Below, piece by piece: positions 48,067-59,852 of a DNA stretch of 64,000 bases. Location of the stretch: contig NC_045715.1 of the NCBI RefSeq assembly GCF_009834535.1, positions 18,724,001-18,788,000 of the forward strand, given 5' to 3'. Each line of letters starts with the position of its first letter. The first letter of the stretch is position 1. The DNA comes from Camelus ferus. Lineage: Eukaryota. The translations under genes and the position numbers were made by a program. Below the pieces are notes generated by a model. That model did no database searches. It was not told the DNA's origin and was given only the letters and a program-made list of their open reading frames with translations.

Positions 48067-48359
48067 AATATATATAGACAATAAAAACTTTAGGAAAACC
48101 AGTAGTTCTGAATTTCAAATAGACAAATAATATTCAAGAAAAACTATATCTTAAAAATAAATAAAAAGAAATGAATATATAAAGTGAAATATAACTATAT
48201 CTCAATTTTAGAAAAGAATTTAAGGACTAACAAAAAATTTGCAATCAATACTACTCGATTTGGGTTTTGGAAATAAAGTAGAGACAATAGGTTCACTCCT
48301 AACCAATTGGGCAGGAAAAGATTGACTATGCTGATATCACCTCTCCAGAGTCTCCCTCT

Positions 48360-48445
48360 TTGGTTGCTCCCTAGAGGCAGTCAAACTCTGGATACTTGAA
48401 CCGAAGCTAATGAGTTACATGGGGCAGGGCACTCTTGGGGCCAAT
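48360..48445 (+). promoter_or_regulatory. Candidate promoter of the OR at 52341 (O/E-HD-O/E)
   Basis: TCCCTAGAG 48368-48376, TAATGA 48408-48413, CTCTTGGGG 48432-48440 (reverse complement CCCCAAGAG). A GTAAGT donor lies downstream at 49297-49302. Confidence 0.45.
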
Positions 48446-49660
48446 AAAAACAAACACATCCTCAAGTCTTCAGTCTCTAAACCGTGTACTTTAACTTTGG
48501 TAGCTTATAAAAATATCCCTCGATAAAAAATTAGCCCTCTGATTCACAGGCAGATTCTGTAGAATTCACAGATACCAACATCTGTTTCGTTATAGAATTA
48601 ATTGTCTACTCTAATGTATACAACCACTTATGCACTGAAACATTCTATAAAATGAGTGCAGATTCTTCCTGGGAATACTGTGGGGATGACACAAGTTGTG
48701 CTAACAACAAGTTTTAAAAGAAATACTTCTACCTTTAACAGAGCCTGAGTGAGTAGCAATTTTAACTTTCCTTGCCTCTGATAACTAACCACTTCCAAGC
48801 CTGGCATATTTTAAATACATGGCTCTGTATTTGTTCTAAGGATTCTGCTCTGTCTACTTCATTCCTTCACACGTTTCTCCAATTCCAGGAACATATCTCA
48901 CTTGATAATCACTGAATGTACTAGCTTTCATAGGAGACCAGCAATCATGTGGTTTCATCTTCCTGATACTAACATTCCCATCAATATACCAATCTTCTAG
49001 TTTCAGAGAATTTCAGTGGTCTTTCAAGACCATCTAGGCTCTTCCAGAAGTAATTGCATATCTTTAACCTTTGTTATTTGCTCTTGAAGAAAACGCCATA
49101 TTCTTAGTCCAACACCAACTCAAGTGTCCCAAAGGCCAATGGACATTGTTCCTTTGCCCCAACATGTGGTGATGCAAACTGCAGATATGGTGTCTATGCA
49201 TGAGTTTGTTACTTTACTTATACTAAGTTCTAGACTGGAAGAGGAATCTGAGCTCCAAATTAGCTGAACACCACTTCACTAGAGAAATGAAAAGATGTAA
49301 GTATTTTCCAACTGAAACCAATTCAAATGTTAGGTCTTATTAGCATGCAATCTATACTGAGGTTTTAGGTCTATGAAGTGTAACAAAGGTGTGTATGGGA
49401 AAGTAACCTTCACCAGACATTCATGCCAAGTAAGGGGAGTCAATTTTTCCCTATTACTGTAAACTTCTGCCATCTACACACATTTCAGAGTAAGACAAAT
49501 AGCAACACTATCAATAATCACCTTAGCAATTTTCATGATCAAAATTTATGAACTTGGCATACGATAGAACTAATTCCTGCATCTTAGGCTTAGCTCTGCA
49601 TAGCAGGCATTTATAATTAAGAATTGTTATAATTTCTCAGGCTTGGTTACATTATACTAT

Positions 49661-50119
49661 TGCTATTCGTTGAATCGAGTCCTGCACCGATCCCCTCAAA
49701 TGATAGGTTGAAATCCTAAACCAGATTCCTGTTAATGTGACCTTATTTGAAAACAAGGTCTTTGCAGATGTAATGAAGTTAAGATGAAGTTATACACACT
49801 AATGTGGTCTCTATTCCAACATGACTGATATTCTTATAAAAGGAAAGGAAGAGACCGAAAGGCAGGGACACTGCCTAAGGACACCAAGGAAGTAACTGAA
49901 GGACTGCAGCCACAAGCCAAGGAACTCCGAAAATTGCCAGCAAACCACCAGAAGCTACGAAGTTGCAACGATGTGTTCTCCCATACAGGTTTCACAGGTC
50001 CAGGAATACCTTAATTTTGGACTTCCAGTCTCAAGAACTGTGTGGCCATAAATTTCTGTTGTCTTAAACCAGCTACTTTGCGGTACTCTGTGTTATACCA
50101 GACTAGAAAAAACAATACA
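49661..50119 (+). mobile_element. MaLR LTR (MLT1B-like)
   Basis: GTTGAAATCCTAA...AATGTGACCTTATTTG...GTCTTTGCAGATGTAAT...CCAGCAAACCACCAGAAGCTA...ATAAATTTCTGTTG...AATACA. Confidence 0.85.
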
Positions 50120-51312
50120 ATACATTGAAGTTTGCATTAAATGCCCATGTCAGTTTCGTTCTACTTTTGTAGGTACAAAGAATTTTACATATTCTTATCA
50201 GAATGGATGTTTTCTTACTTCAGATCACATTCTGTGCAACACTGAGAAAAAAAAATCATGTACCATCATGTTTAAGACTGAATCATGAGTTAGTTCAGTG
50301 ATCTCTGAGAAACAGCCTATTCAAAAACATTGTAAGAGACTTCAACTGGGCACCACAATGGACTAGAGAAGAAAAGCTCCTTCCCCGTGACCCTTAAATT
50401 ACAAGAATAGAAGGAAGACGCCAAGGTAAGCACCAAGAACACTTGATAAAACAAATTAGAGTGACTAATGCCAGTTTTATGATTCTGGGTATTTTGAAAC
50501 AAGGCCTGATCATCCGGAAGATTTAGAAATTAAGAACCGTGTTGTCACTGAAGAATGTGCAAGGACTGAGAAGAACTCAAACAAAATACAACAATAGATC
50601 TAATGGAACATAAAACCTACCAGATTTCAGTAGAGAAGGAAAACAGTTATCTCTTTTCTTTCTTATTAAAAGCTAGTAAGAACATTATCCTATTATTTGG
50701 AAGTAGAAAGGACCAGGACATAGGAATGGGAGGTCAGCCTTTAGAATCTCAAAATTTATTAGCGGAAAATTGATACTTAGAATCCAAGTATCTTGATCCC
50801 ACCTATTGCATTTTAGAACTTTTTATTCCAAATTAATTGTACTCCTTGGCCCCACACTAACAACAGCCACCAAACCACCAAAACAACTACTTTAAAAATT
50901 AAGAATGAAAGGAAAAATGGAACCAAGAATCCAAGAGAAAAGGCATAACTGAGAGGTGGCAGAATATCTTCTTCCCTGGTCATGGGTTATCCTAATAAAA
51001 AAGTGATGTTTACAAATCACAGAGTTTCCATAAAACCCAGCATTTAAAAAAATTCCAAAATTAGAATTGTCAAGACTGCTTAATAACTGTTCCACAAGAT
51101 TTCTTTTGTTTCCCACTTGTACATTTATAAATTACTATAATTCCCGAATTCACTTTCAATAGCCTCTTACAGTTTTTAAACTTTCTCCATATTTTCATTT
51201 ATTCAACGAAATGTTTTGTGAATCTATATATACTGGACTTTTTTCTAGGCTATGGTGCTATTATGAGGTATTTCTTTTCTTTAGGTATTGGTTATTATTA
51301 AATTTGCCTCAT

Positions 51313-51368
51313 GGTGTGTGTGTGTCTGTGTCTGTGTGTGTGCATGTGTGTATGTGTGTGAGAGAGAG
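51313..51368 (+). repeat. Imperfect (TG)n(AG)n microsatellite
   Basis: TGGTGTGTGTGTGTCTGTGTCTGTGTGTGTGCATGTGTGTATGTGTGTGAGAGAGAG. Confidence 0.9.
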
Positions 51369-52340
51369 GACTGATTGATTTCTAAGATGAGACCAGGCGA
51401 TTTTAATAGAAAACAGAATGATTAATGTGAGGTTTGTATTTATAGGAAGTGCACATGAAAAAGAGTATTTGTTCTATCACATTAAAGAATTTTAAAAGAA
51501 TTCTAAATTGAAATAAAAAGAGAAACTAATTGATGGTTTCCTGAGTTTTTACTGAAAGTGGTAAGAATGAAGACTGCTCAGGCTTAGTCCTCCTGGAACA
51601 TGAAGTTTGGATACAACATGAATTCTTAAATCATTTCCTATAGGAGATTTCCAATCACTAAACATGATTTCAGGCTCCACATCAAAGGGTCCCTTGCTTT
51701 ATGCATTAAATGTATTGTTTCCCTTTGGATAAAATTAATAGAAAATTTTATTACCAAAAAAATTTATTATATATGCATCTACAGAAAAAAATTCTTTTCT
51801 CTACACAAAATAGAAGCTAGATAACCAGTCCAAATAGTATAATTCTTGAGGGGAAAAAAATAGAAGGACTGGGCAGCATTATTTGCAATTATTTAGAACA
51901 ATTAGATTTAACTCTTGGAGAAACTTGAGTTGTATTTGTAGTTCATACGATCATAAAGATAGTACCCCTTGCAGTTAAAAACGCATAGTGTAGAGTCACT
52001 TTGAATCCTGCCTCTATGTTTGGTAGGTACATCACTCTGATAAAATTACTGCACCTCTTTAACTCTTATTTCCTTCATCATTTTAACAGAGATCATGATG
52101 ATACCAAGCCCATTGTGTTGTTGTGACACAATGGAGAGCGCGTGCTTAGGCCAGTGCCTGAAACGTGCAAGATGCTCACATATAGTAGCTATTTATCACC
52201 CTCTTTCTTGCCAACAAGAAAGTAACTGTCAAAATGCCTCAAGCTGCCAACCAAACTCTATTGACTTCAGGAAAAAAGAGGTGGATTAAACATGCAACAT
52301 AAAAGTCTGCAGTCCTCTTAATTTCAACAGGTAGAGTACA

Positions 52341-53285
52341 ATGGAAAGAGCTAATGACAGCACCTTCTCTGGATTCATTCTCCTGGGCTTCTCCAACCAG
52401 CCTCACCTGGAAACGGCTCTCTTTGTGATCATCCTGATTATCTACTGTTTGAGCTTTGTAGGCAATGGCACCATTATACTTTTGTCAATTGTGGATGCTC
52501 ACCTCCATACCCCTATGTATTTCTTCCTCTCCAACCTCTCTTTTATGGATCTTTGTTTGACTACTTGCACTGTCCCTCAGACACTGGCCAACTTTAAGGG
52601 GAAGGACAAGACCATCACCTATGGTGGTTGTGTGACCCAGCTCTTCATTGCCTTGGGACTTGGGGGAGTCGAGTGTGTCCTCCTGTCTGTCATGGCCTAT
52701 GACCGCTATGCAGCTGTGTGCCGCCCGCTCCACTACATGGTGAACATGCACCCTCAGCTTTGCTTGCAGCTGGTTGTAACCGCTTGGCTCCCAGGCTTTG
52801 GCAATTCTATAGTACAGACAGCATTGACCATGACTCTTCCCTTCTGNNNNNNNNNNNNNNNNNNNNNNNNNNNNNNNNNNNNNNNNNNNNNNNNNNNNNN
52901 NNNNNNNNNNNNNNNNNNNNNNNNNNNNNNNNNNNNNNNNNNNNNNNNNNNNNNNNNNNNNNNNNNNNNNNNNNNNNNNATCTTAGTATCCTACGGTCAC
53001 ATTACCCGTGCAGTCCTGAAAATAAAGTCCGCCCAGGGGAGGTGGAAGGCTTTTGGAACCTGTGGTTCTCACCTAATGGTAGTGATTATTTTCTTTGGGA
53101 CACTCATCTCCATGTACCTCCAGCCTCCCTCCAGTTATTCCCAGGATGTGAACAAAAGCATTGCACTGTTCTATACTCTGGTGACTCCCCTGCTGAATCC
53201 CCTGATTTACACTTTGAGGAACAAGGAAGTCAAAGGGGCACTAAGGAGACTAGTGAGAAGAAACAGAGACTTGAGACAGAGCTAA
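52341..53285 (+). CDS. Family 2 olfactory receptor (probable OR2B7P ortholog by position), 314 codons including a 133-N gap; intactness not provable
   Basis: [68 protein letters not shown] run 52847-52979 covers ECL2-TM5. Acceptor TTTCAACAG ends at 52330. Confidence 0.85.
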   Translation: MERANDSTFSGFILLGFSNQPHLETALFVIILIIYCLSFVGNGTIILLSIVDAHLHTPMYFFLSNLSFMDLCLTTCTVPQTLANFKGKDKTITYGGCVTQLFIALGLGGVECVLLSVMAYDRYAAVCRPLHYMVNMHPQLCLQLVVTAWLPGFGNSIVQTALTMTLPFXXXXXXXXXXXXXXXXXXXXXXXXXXXXXXXXXXXXXXXXXXXXXILVSYGHITRAVLKIKSAQGRWKAFGTCGSHLMVVIIFFGTLISMYLQPPSSYSQDVNKSIALFYTLVTPLLNPLIYTLRNKEVKGALRRLVRRNRDLRQS

Positions 53286-53499
53286 TGCAGGACTTGCAGG
53301 CCCAAGATCTTGTGCATTGGGAGACTTCTGAATGACTAAACACCAGTCCTAACTTAATTCAACACATCTTTATAAACCACTCGCTATGTATGAGGCACAG
53401 TTCTAGGTACTTGAGATGTATCAGTGAAACAGAGACCCCTGTCCCCATGGATTCAAACCTTCTAGTGGGGGGAATATAAGTTAAATAAGATAAGCTAAA

Positions 53500-53890
53500 A
53501 ATGAACTATGGTATATCATGTACTCTGCAATAATACACTATGCAAATAATAATACATACAACAATATGAACGATTTTTACAAACATAATGATGAGTGAAA
53601 AGGCTAGACACAAAACAAGTCCTACTGTGTGATTCCATTTGTATAAAATTCAAAACCAGGAAAAGTGAATCCGTGGCAACAGAAGTCAGAACAGCGGTTC
53701 CCTTGGGAGTAGTAGTTCCCCAGTGGAAGGAGAAAGCGGTGACAGGCACGCTGGTGTTCTGGTCATGTTGTGATTCTTCATCTCGATGCTGCTTGTATAA
53801 GGTATACAATTTGTGAGAATTCACCACACCTTACACTTAAGGTACTTGCACTTTCTGTATGTATGCTGTACTTCAAATCATTTACTTCTA
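53500..53890 (+). mobile_element. Old L1M 3' end (L2 fragment just upstream at ~53350-53500)
   Basis: GAGTGAAAAGGCTAGACACAAAA...TACTGTGTGATTCCATTTGTATAAAATTCAAAA...TTGTGAGAATTCACCA...TGTATGCTGTACTTCAA. Confidence 0.75.
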
Positions 53891-56800
53891 AAAAGTTTTA
53901 AATAAGCCGGAAATTAACGGAATACTTGGATACTAAATCATCAAACTCAGTTTTTCATCCCTTTTACACAAAATTTGGGTTTATATTCCAAATGATCTAA
54001 GTTTCTTGTATCCATTGAACCTAATTAATAGATTCAAAGTACTTTGATATTACTACTGTTTAGCCAACTGGAATGAACCTTATCTAACTTTCCTTTGAAA
54101 ACTTCAATCAAAGATAATCTGTACAGTGAGTCTCTGGGCTCTTCTCATTCCATGTACTTAGTGGCCAGGTCTTAAGGCAAAAATCATAGTGATAATTTTC
54201 AAAGGAAAATTTTACTACTGGGTATTATACTGCTTTAAATGAACTATATTTTGAAGATGATGTTTAGTATCTGTTTGTTTGTATATCTGTGTGTATTTGC
54301 ATATATGTAGTGTACAAAAAGTGTACCAAAAGATATTTTCATTCACCAGGGATTTCAAGATTTTTCAATATTTCATAGTGCATTAGTAAAAAGGCAGATA
54401 TTGAAAGGAATTTATAAAACAAAGTAAAAAACAGAAATAATTATCTGGTAAACTCAATGTGCAGTTATATAAATACTTTCTTCTTAAATATTCCTGATTT
54501 AATAATGGCAAGTTTGATGGTTTGTTCATGGATTATTCTGCTAATGAAATAATAGAAGAGCAAGGATTTTTCTTTCCTTACATGAAAATTTACTAGCAAA
54601 TGCTTGAGTTCCTTACTGTTCTTGCCTCTGCTTGTATTAAATAATTTTCAGTGATTTCTGATTATATTCTGAGTGTAACAGAGGAGATATGATTATTATA
54701 ATAACAATTCCTTGGATCCTTCAAATCATGACACCTTCATGATTACCATACCATGTTTATGACACAAAAGTTCCATACTCTACAACCATCTAAATGTTTA
54801 CTGTTTTCTTTTTCAGCAAATAAACAGTGCTTCCATTCCTAATTCACTATATTATTTCACTTAAGGTAGCCTTTTGTGACTTACACTTCCTAATAGGATG
54901 TATTAGGTTACAGCTGGGCAACGTTCCCATTGCAAGTATGGTAGGCCCTCAGTAGCCAGAGATTCAGCCAACCATGGATCCATTTGATCTGCCATTTTCT
55001 ATAAGGGATTTGATCATCTGCATACTGGGGTATAGGGGTGACACAGGTGGTGGGTGCTCCTGGAACTAATTCCTTACCAAGACTGAGGGGCAAATGTATG
55101 TGAAAAAGCCAAATTAATTTTAACAACTATATTTTTAAAGCCATTAGAAAGCTGTGGAAGTGATGAGGTTCATGTAGACAAAAATTATAGAGAGGAAAGA
55201 ACCCTACTGAGCTGAAGAGGGGCTACATTTTGTTTACCCCATGGAGCCATAGACAAGCCTGAGTGTGAGCTGAGGGTTGGGCTTGGCCCAGGTAGACTTT
55301 GCCAAGAAGAAAAGAAACATCGTAACAGTCATTTAAGGCTGGACTGACAAATTGAATACTTTTAAAAGACTTTAAATACACAACCAGATATTTCCAGTGT
55401 ACATTTCTGTTTTCAGTGGACCACTTGGGAAGCCAGAGACCTAGAATAAAATATCCTGCAGTTCCACTGTGCTTAGGAAACAAAAACCCACTAGCGAAAG
55501 GGATGCTGTCTCTACCACACAGTTCACTTCTTTAAGGCATTTGCCAAATTTTGAGGTAGCATAGAGCTAAGCTGAAAATCTTAAACTTCCAGAGCCTTTC
55601 AAGGCTGATAAAATAAGACTTCCCAGATTTTCTATCTAAATCCCAGCAGGACCCATGTCCGAGGGAAGCAAGGAAACAAGAGGTAGGCTGAATATAAGTC
55701 TGCAAGGCAGCCTGACCAACTCATACACAGGAAAATGTAGAACTCCCCCTGGAGGAAGATACATCACCTGGATCCTCTTTGGTCCTTTTATACACTACGT
55801 ATGGTATATAATTAAAAAGCAAAAGACATGAAAAGAATGAAGATCATATGAATGACAGTTGAGGGGGGAAATGACAATAGATCAAAGGAATAGAACATCT
55901 AGATAAGCAATTTCCAGCTGAAGACATTAAAATAGCTATGATTAAGACATTCAAGACAAACAGAAGAAAAGATGGGGGTGGGGATGAAAGGAAAGAGAAT
56001 TTCACAAGAAAATAGCAATATAGTGAAAGAATTAAACAGACATTATAGAAATTTAAAATACAACTTCTATTACTAGAAACTCTTCAAATGCAGTCCCATA
56101 ATGAGTATGAGTCTTACATGTGCCCTGGGAACACTTTCCTCATGATTAGACACACAGATCTTGAGGCCATGCTCAACAGGCAAGGGAACTGACTAGTTTT
56201 GTCATGTTTTCTGGTTTTTAATTACAGTAACAGTGAGCAGGATTTGAATTTTCCATATCTTTGAAGTAAGTATGTAGTGGGATACAGAGAAACAGAAAAT
56301 TGCTTTCCAATGACATGCAGCAAAAAAAGGGAGTGGAACTTAAAAATCAATAAAGAATCCTGTTAGAAAGCAAATGTCTATACAAAAATCATGGTTTCAT
56401 CGTACCAATTTAATCTGAACATGAGAGGTTTTATAGAAAAACTAGCACTGAAGACCAAGAACCTCATGCATTACTAAAGGGAAGCATCCAATTTTGAAAG
56501 TTCAGTGGTTAGGGTATAGGCATTTAAAGCTGGAGGACCTTGGATTGGAACCATGGTGCTAGCATGGAGGTTGTTGACTGTGCAGAATCTGTTATTCTCT
56601 CAGTGCCATGGTTCACTGATTTATAAACAGCAGTTGATATCACTCACTTAAAAAGAAACAAACAAAAGTTGCCACTTCTACTTATGTGTATATGTACTTA
56701 TTTCAGAAAACACTGGAATTACATCATTTATAAACGTATAACTTCTAAGTGGTATGAACTAAAGTAAACATATTTTCTTCTACTATTCATCCTCAGGAAA

Positions 56801-57463
56801 GAGTTAAGAGACTGACCGACAAGAGATTGCATGTGGAGTGCATGCTTTGTGCATGTGTATATTGCTCTCTGTATGTGATGATATATTATAACATATTAAT
56901 ATATACATTATTTCAACCCAAGTACAAACCAAAATATAACAGGTTGTGGAGGAATATGAGGAGAAATATTCTTTCAGAAATACAGGAGGCTTTTTCCAAG
57001 ATGGGGAATAAATCCAGAGAGAGGTTTATTTCATGCTAAAAATGACACATTCTTATGCCAAGATGTTCTCTTCACATGCATTAAAACAGAGTTCACATTC
57101 AGTGGATAGATTAATAAAGAAACTTTCCAAAGTCCAAAGTGAATCTTGCAAGACTACGTAATAATCCTCAAATGCTTGAAATACGGACTGAAAAATACTT
57201 GGTAAGCACTATTTGTGACCTGCTAACACAGAATCAGGGGTGGGCCCCTGAGAAAGGCTTTGACAACAAACCATGACATTCAATTGACCATGAGTGTCCC
57301 AATTAATCTATTCATTGGAAATGTCCAGGTACAACAACTGAAGAGCTTTACTCTCCAAAGAGGTTCTACTATCCTAGAAATGATGCCTGATCAGAAGCAC
57401 TTGCAGTTTTTAAAGACCTCAGAGACTTCATTCAGTACCGACTGCTTAATATAAATCCATCAA

Positions 57464-57531
57464 ATCGCTTGGCTGTACACCTGAAACTAAGGTTGTAAAT
57501 CAACTACACTTCAATAAAAATATAAATTTTT
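57464..57531 (+). mobile_element. Very short older L1 3' end, present only in copy B
   Basis: GCTGTACACCTGAAACTAA...GTAAATCAACTACACTTCAATAAAAA, with decayed TSD AATATAAATCCATCAAA / AAATTTAATCCACTAAA. Empty site at ~34408-34425. Confidence 0.65.
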
Positions 57532-58913
57532 AAATTTAATCCACTAAACAACATAAATCAATAGAATAGATTGTTTGGAAAGGAGTAAGTGTATCCAGTC
57601 CCTACAGATCACTCACGGAGAGCATCCCGTGATCCATCTGGTTCTCATTTCTGCATTTACACAGAGCCCCCTCTTCCCAGCAGATCTAGGATGTTTATAT
57701 TGTACTCATAACTTAGAATTGTATGACAGTTACTTCATAATTACATAGTGTAGTAAAGCTTAGGCATATATTTTTAAACTAATAGGCAGTTTTTTTATTC
57801 TTTCAATTTTTTTCTGCTGAATCTCAGCGAGTTTCCACAAAACTTGGAGTTTCCTGGGAATCAAGGGCCATTTCCCATATTTTTATATGTCAATGAATTC
57901 AAATTTCATGAGGCCTTTGCTAGATGTTAGATACAAAGGCCTTGACCAATTGATGCCTGAAACAAACTATAAACCACTGTGAAGAGAGTAATCTAAACAT
58001 AAATTACACTTTGAAAATTCACATTACAGTAAGTAAAATATGCAGAATATAAAACAGGACTTGGGTCATCTGCTATTCAGATACAATGTCCTCAAAAATC
58101 ATTTTTAAAAAGGAACTACGTGGCTCATAAACTTAAAATAACCAACCTTCATACCTTACATCAGTGTGTCCCCTGCTATGTACAATATTATACATAAGTA
58201 CTACCTGGTGTTATTACCAGCCAAGGGCTACCATCGCCACTTGCAACAATGCATCACAACCTTCACTCAGGGAGTCCTACGTACAGCCTTCTCCGAAATG
58301 CATATTATATAATATGACTGTCACATTGGTGAAGGTACACTTGGGCCTTAATATCTCAATGGCTTTATTAGAACTGATTTAGCAACTTTTTCTTTAAAGT
58401 TTATTTTCCCACACTTTCCATACTGACTTCTATGAAAAAAAACTGATACAGTCAACCCATGTACTTTGTAATAGCACCATGATCAAATGCATGAATGAAT
58501 GATATCTCTCGAGTAACTGTTAGAAAATGATAATATGTTAGTATTCCTTACACTGTCCCAGGGAGTCATGGTATTATTTTGGCTGTGCCTTCATATTATG
58601 TACTCACATGTCTTTTTGGAAGTAGAAATAGAACAATGTTCTCAAATAGGAGTAAAAATAAGAAAAAATTGTGGAGTTTTTAAAAATAATAAATATAATT
58701 AAGATGCTCTAGAAATACTGAATGACCATCTCTGGAAGTTGGAATGACTCCATTAACTTAGATTTGAACACTCACTTTTGTAAGAGAATGAAGTAAGAAA
58801 ATTCCCATGATAGCTCTCAGGAAAAGTTTTGGATGACACATGGGGGACACACACATACATCTTAAGACCTCAGGCATTCAAACTCCTTCCATTAAACTGT
58901 CTTCCACCCACCA

Positions 58914-59852
58914 TCATCTGGAGTCAGAGTCCTTCCAAAGCACCTTCTTCATTGCTGCCTTCACATCCTTGTTCCGCAGTGTGTATATCAGGGGGTTGAT
59001 CATGGGGGAAACGATGGTGTAGAAGAGAGATGTGACCTTGCCCTGATCCTGGGAGTAGTTGTTCCTGGGCTGGGCATAAGCATAGATGGCTGTGCCATAG
59101 AACAGGGAGACCACGGTCAGGTGGGATCCACATGTCCCAAATGCTTTTCTCTGCCCTGCAGCAGACTTTATTCTTAAGATTGCCCTGGCAATCTGAACAT
59201 AGGAGAATATGATTAATGCCACAGGTATGAAAAGAATGATGACACTGACAAAGAAGAGCTCAGACTCATTCACAGTAGTGTCAACACAGGCAAGCTTGAG
59301 CAAAGGAGGGACCTCACAAAAGAAGTGGTCTAATTTATTTCTGCCACAAAGTGGTAAAAGGAAGATGAGCACTGTCTGCAATAAGGAGTTGGCAAAACCA
59401 ACGAGCCATGAAGCAGAAGCCATCAGGGCACAGAGACGAGGGTGCATGATCACTGTGTAGTGAAGGGGCCTGCAAACAGCTGCATAGCGGTCAAATGCCA
59501 TTACTGCTAACAGAATGCATTCTGTAGATCCCAACCCCAGAGAGATGAACAGCTGAACTACACACCCACCAAAGGAGATAGATTTGTCTGCTCCACTGAG
59601 ATTAACCAGGAACTGGGGAACAATGCTGGTAGTGTAACACAGGTCCAGGAAGCTTAGGTTGGAAAGGAAAAAGTACATAGGGGTGTGAAGTTGTGGGTCC
59701 ACATGGGACAATGCAATGATGGTTGAGTTTCCCAGCAAAGTGAAGGTGTAGAAAATCAGAAGAACCACAAAGAGGACTAGCTCCAGTTGAGGCCTGTCAG
59801 AGAAACCTAGCAGGATAAACCCGGTGAAAGAACTTCCATTTTTCTGTTCCAT
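58914..59852 (-). CDS. OR2B8: Olfactory receptor OR2B8-like, copy B (312 aa, intact; closer to recalled human OR2B8P)
   Basis: All OR motifs present; 300/312 aa identical to copy A. Acceptor AG at 59873-59874 (minus strand). Confidence 0.93.
   Translation of the reverse strand: MEQKNGSSFTGFILLGFSDRPQLELVLFVVLLIFYTFTLLGNSTIIALSHVDPQLHTPMYFFLSNLSFLDLCYTTSIVPQFLVNLSGADKSISFGGCVVQLFISLGLGSTECILLAVMAFDRYAAVCRPLHYTVIMHPRLCALMASASWLVGFANSLLQTVLIFLLPLCGRNKLDHFFCEVPPLLKLACVDTTVNESELFFVSVIILFIPVALIIFSYVQIARAILRIKSAAGQRKAFGTCGSHLTVVSLFYGTAIYAYAQPRNNYSQDQGKVTSLFYTIVSPMINPLIYTLRNKDVKAAMKKVLWKDSDSR

Noticed and set aside
37422-59852. Idea that the two OR2B8 copies are uncollapsed alleles
   Set aside because: Flanks differ by 10-20%, with kb-scale indels and private old insertions, far beyond allelic divergence.
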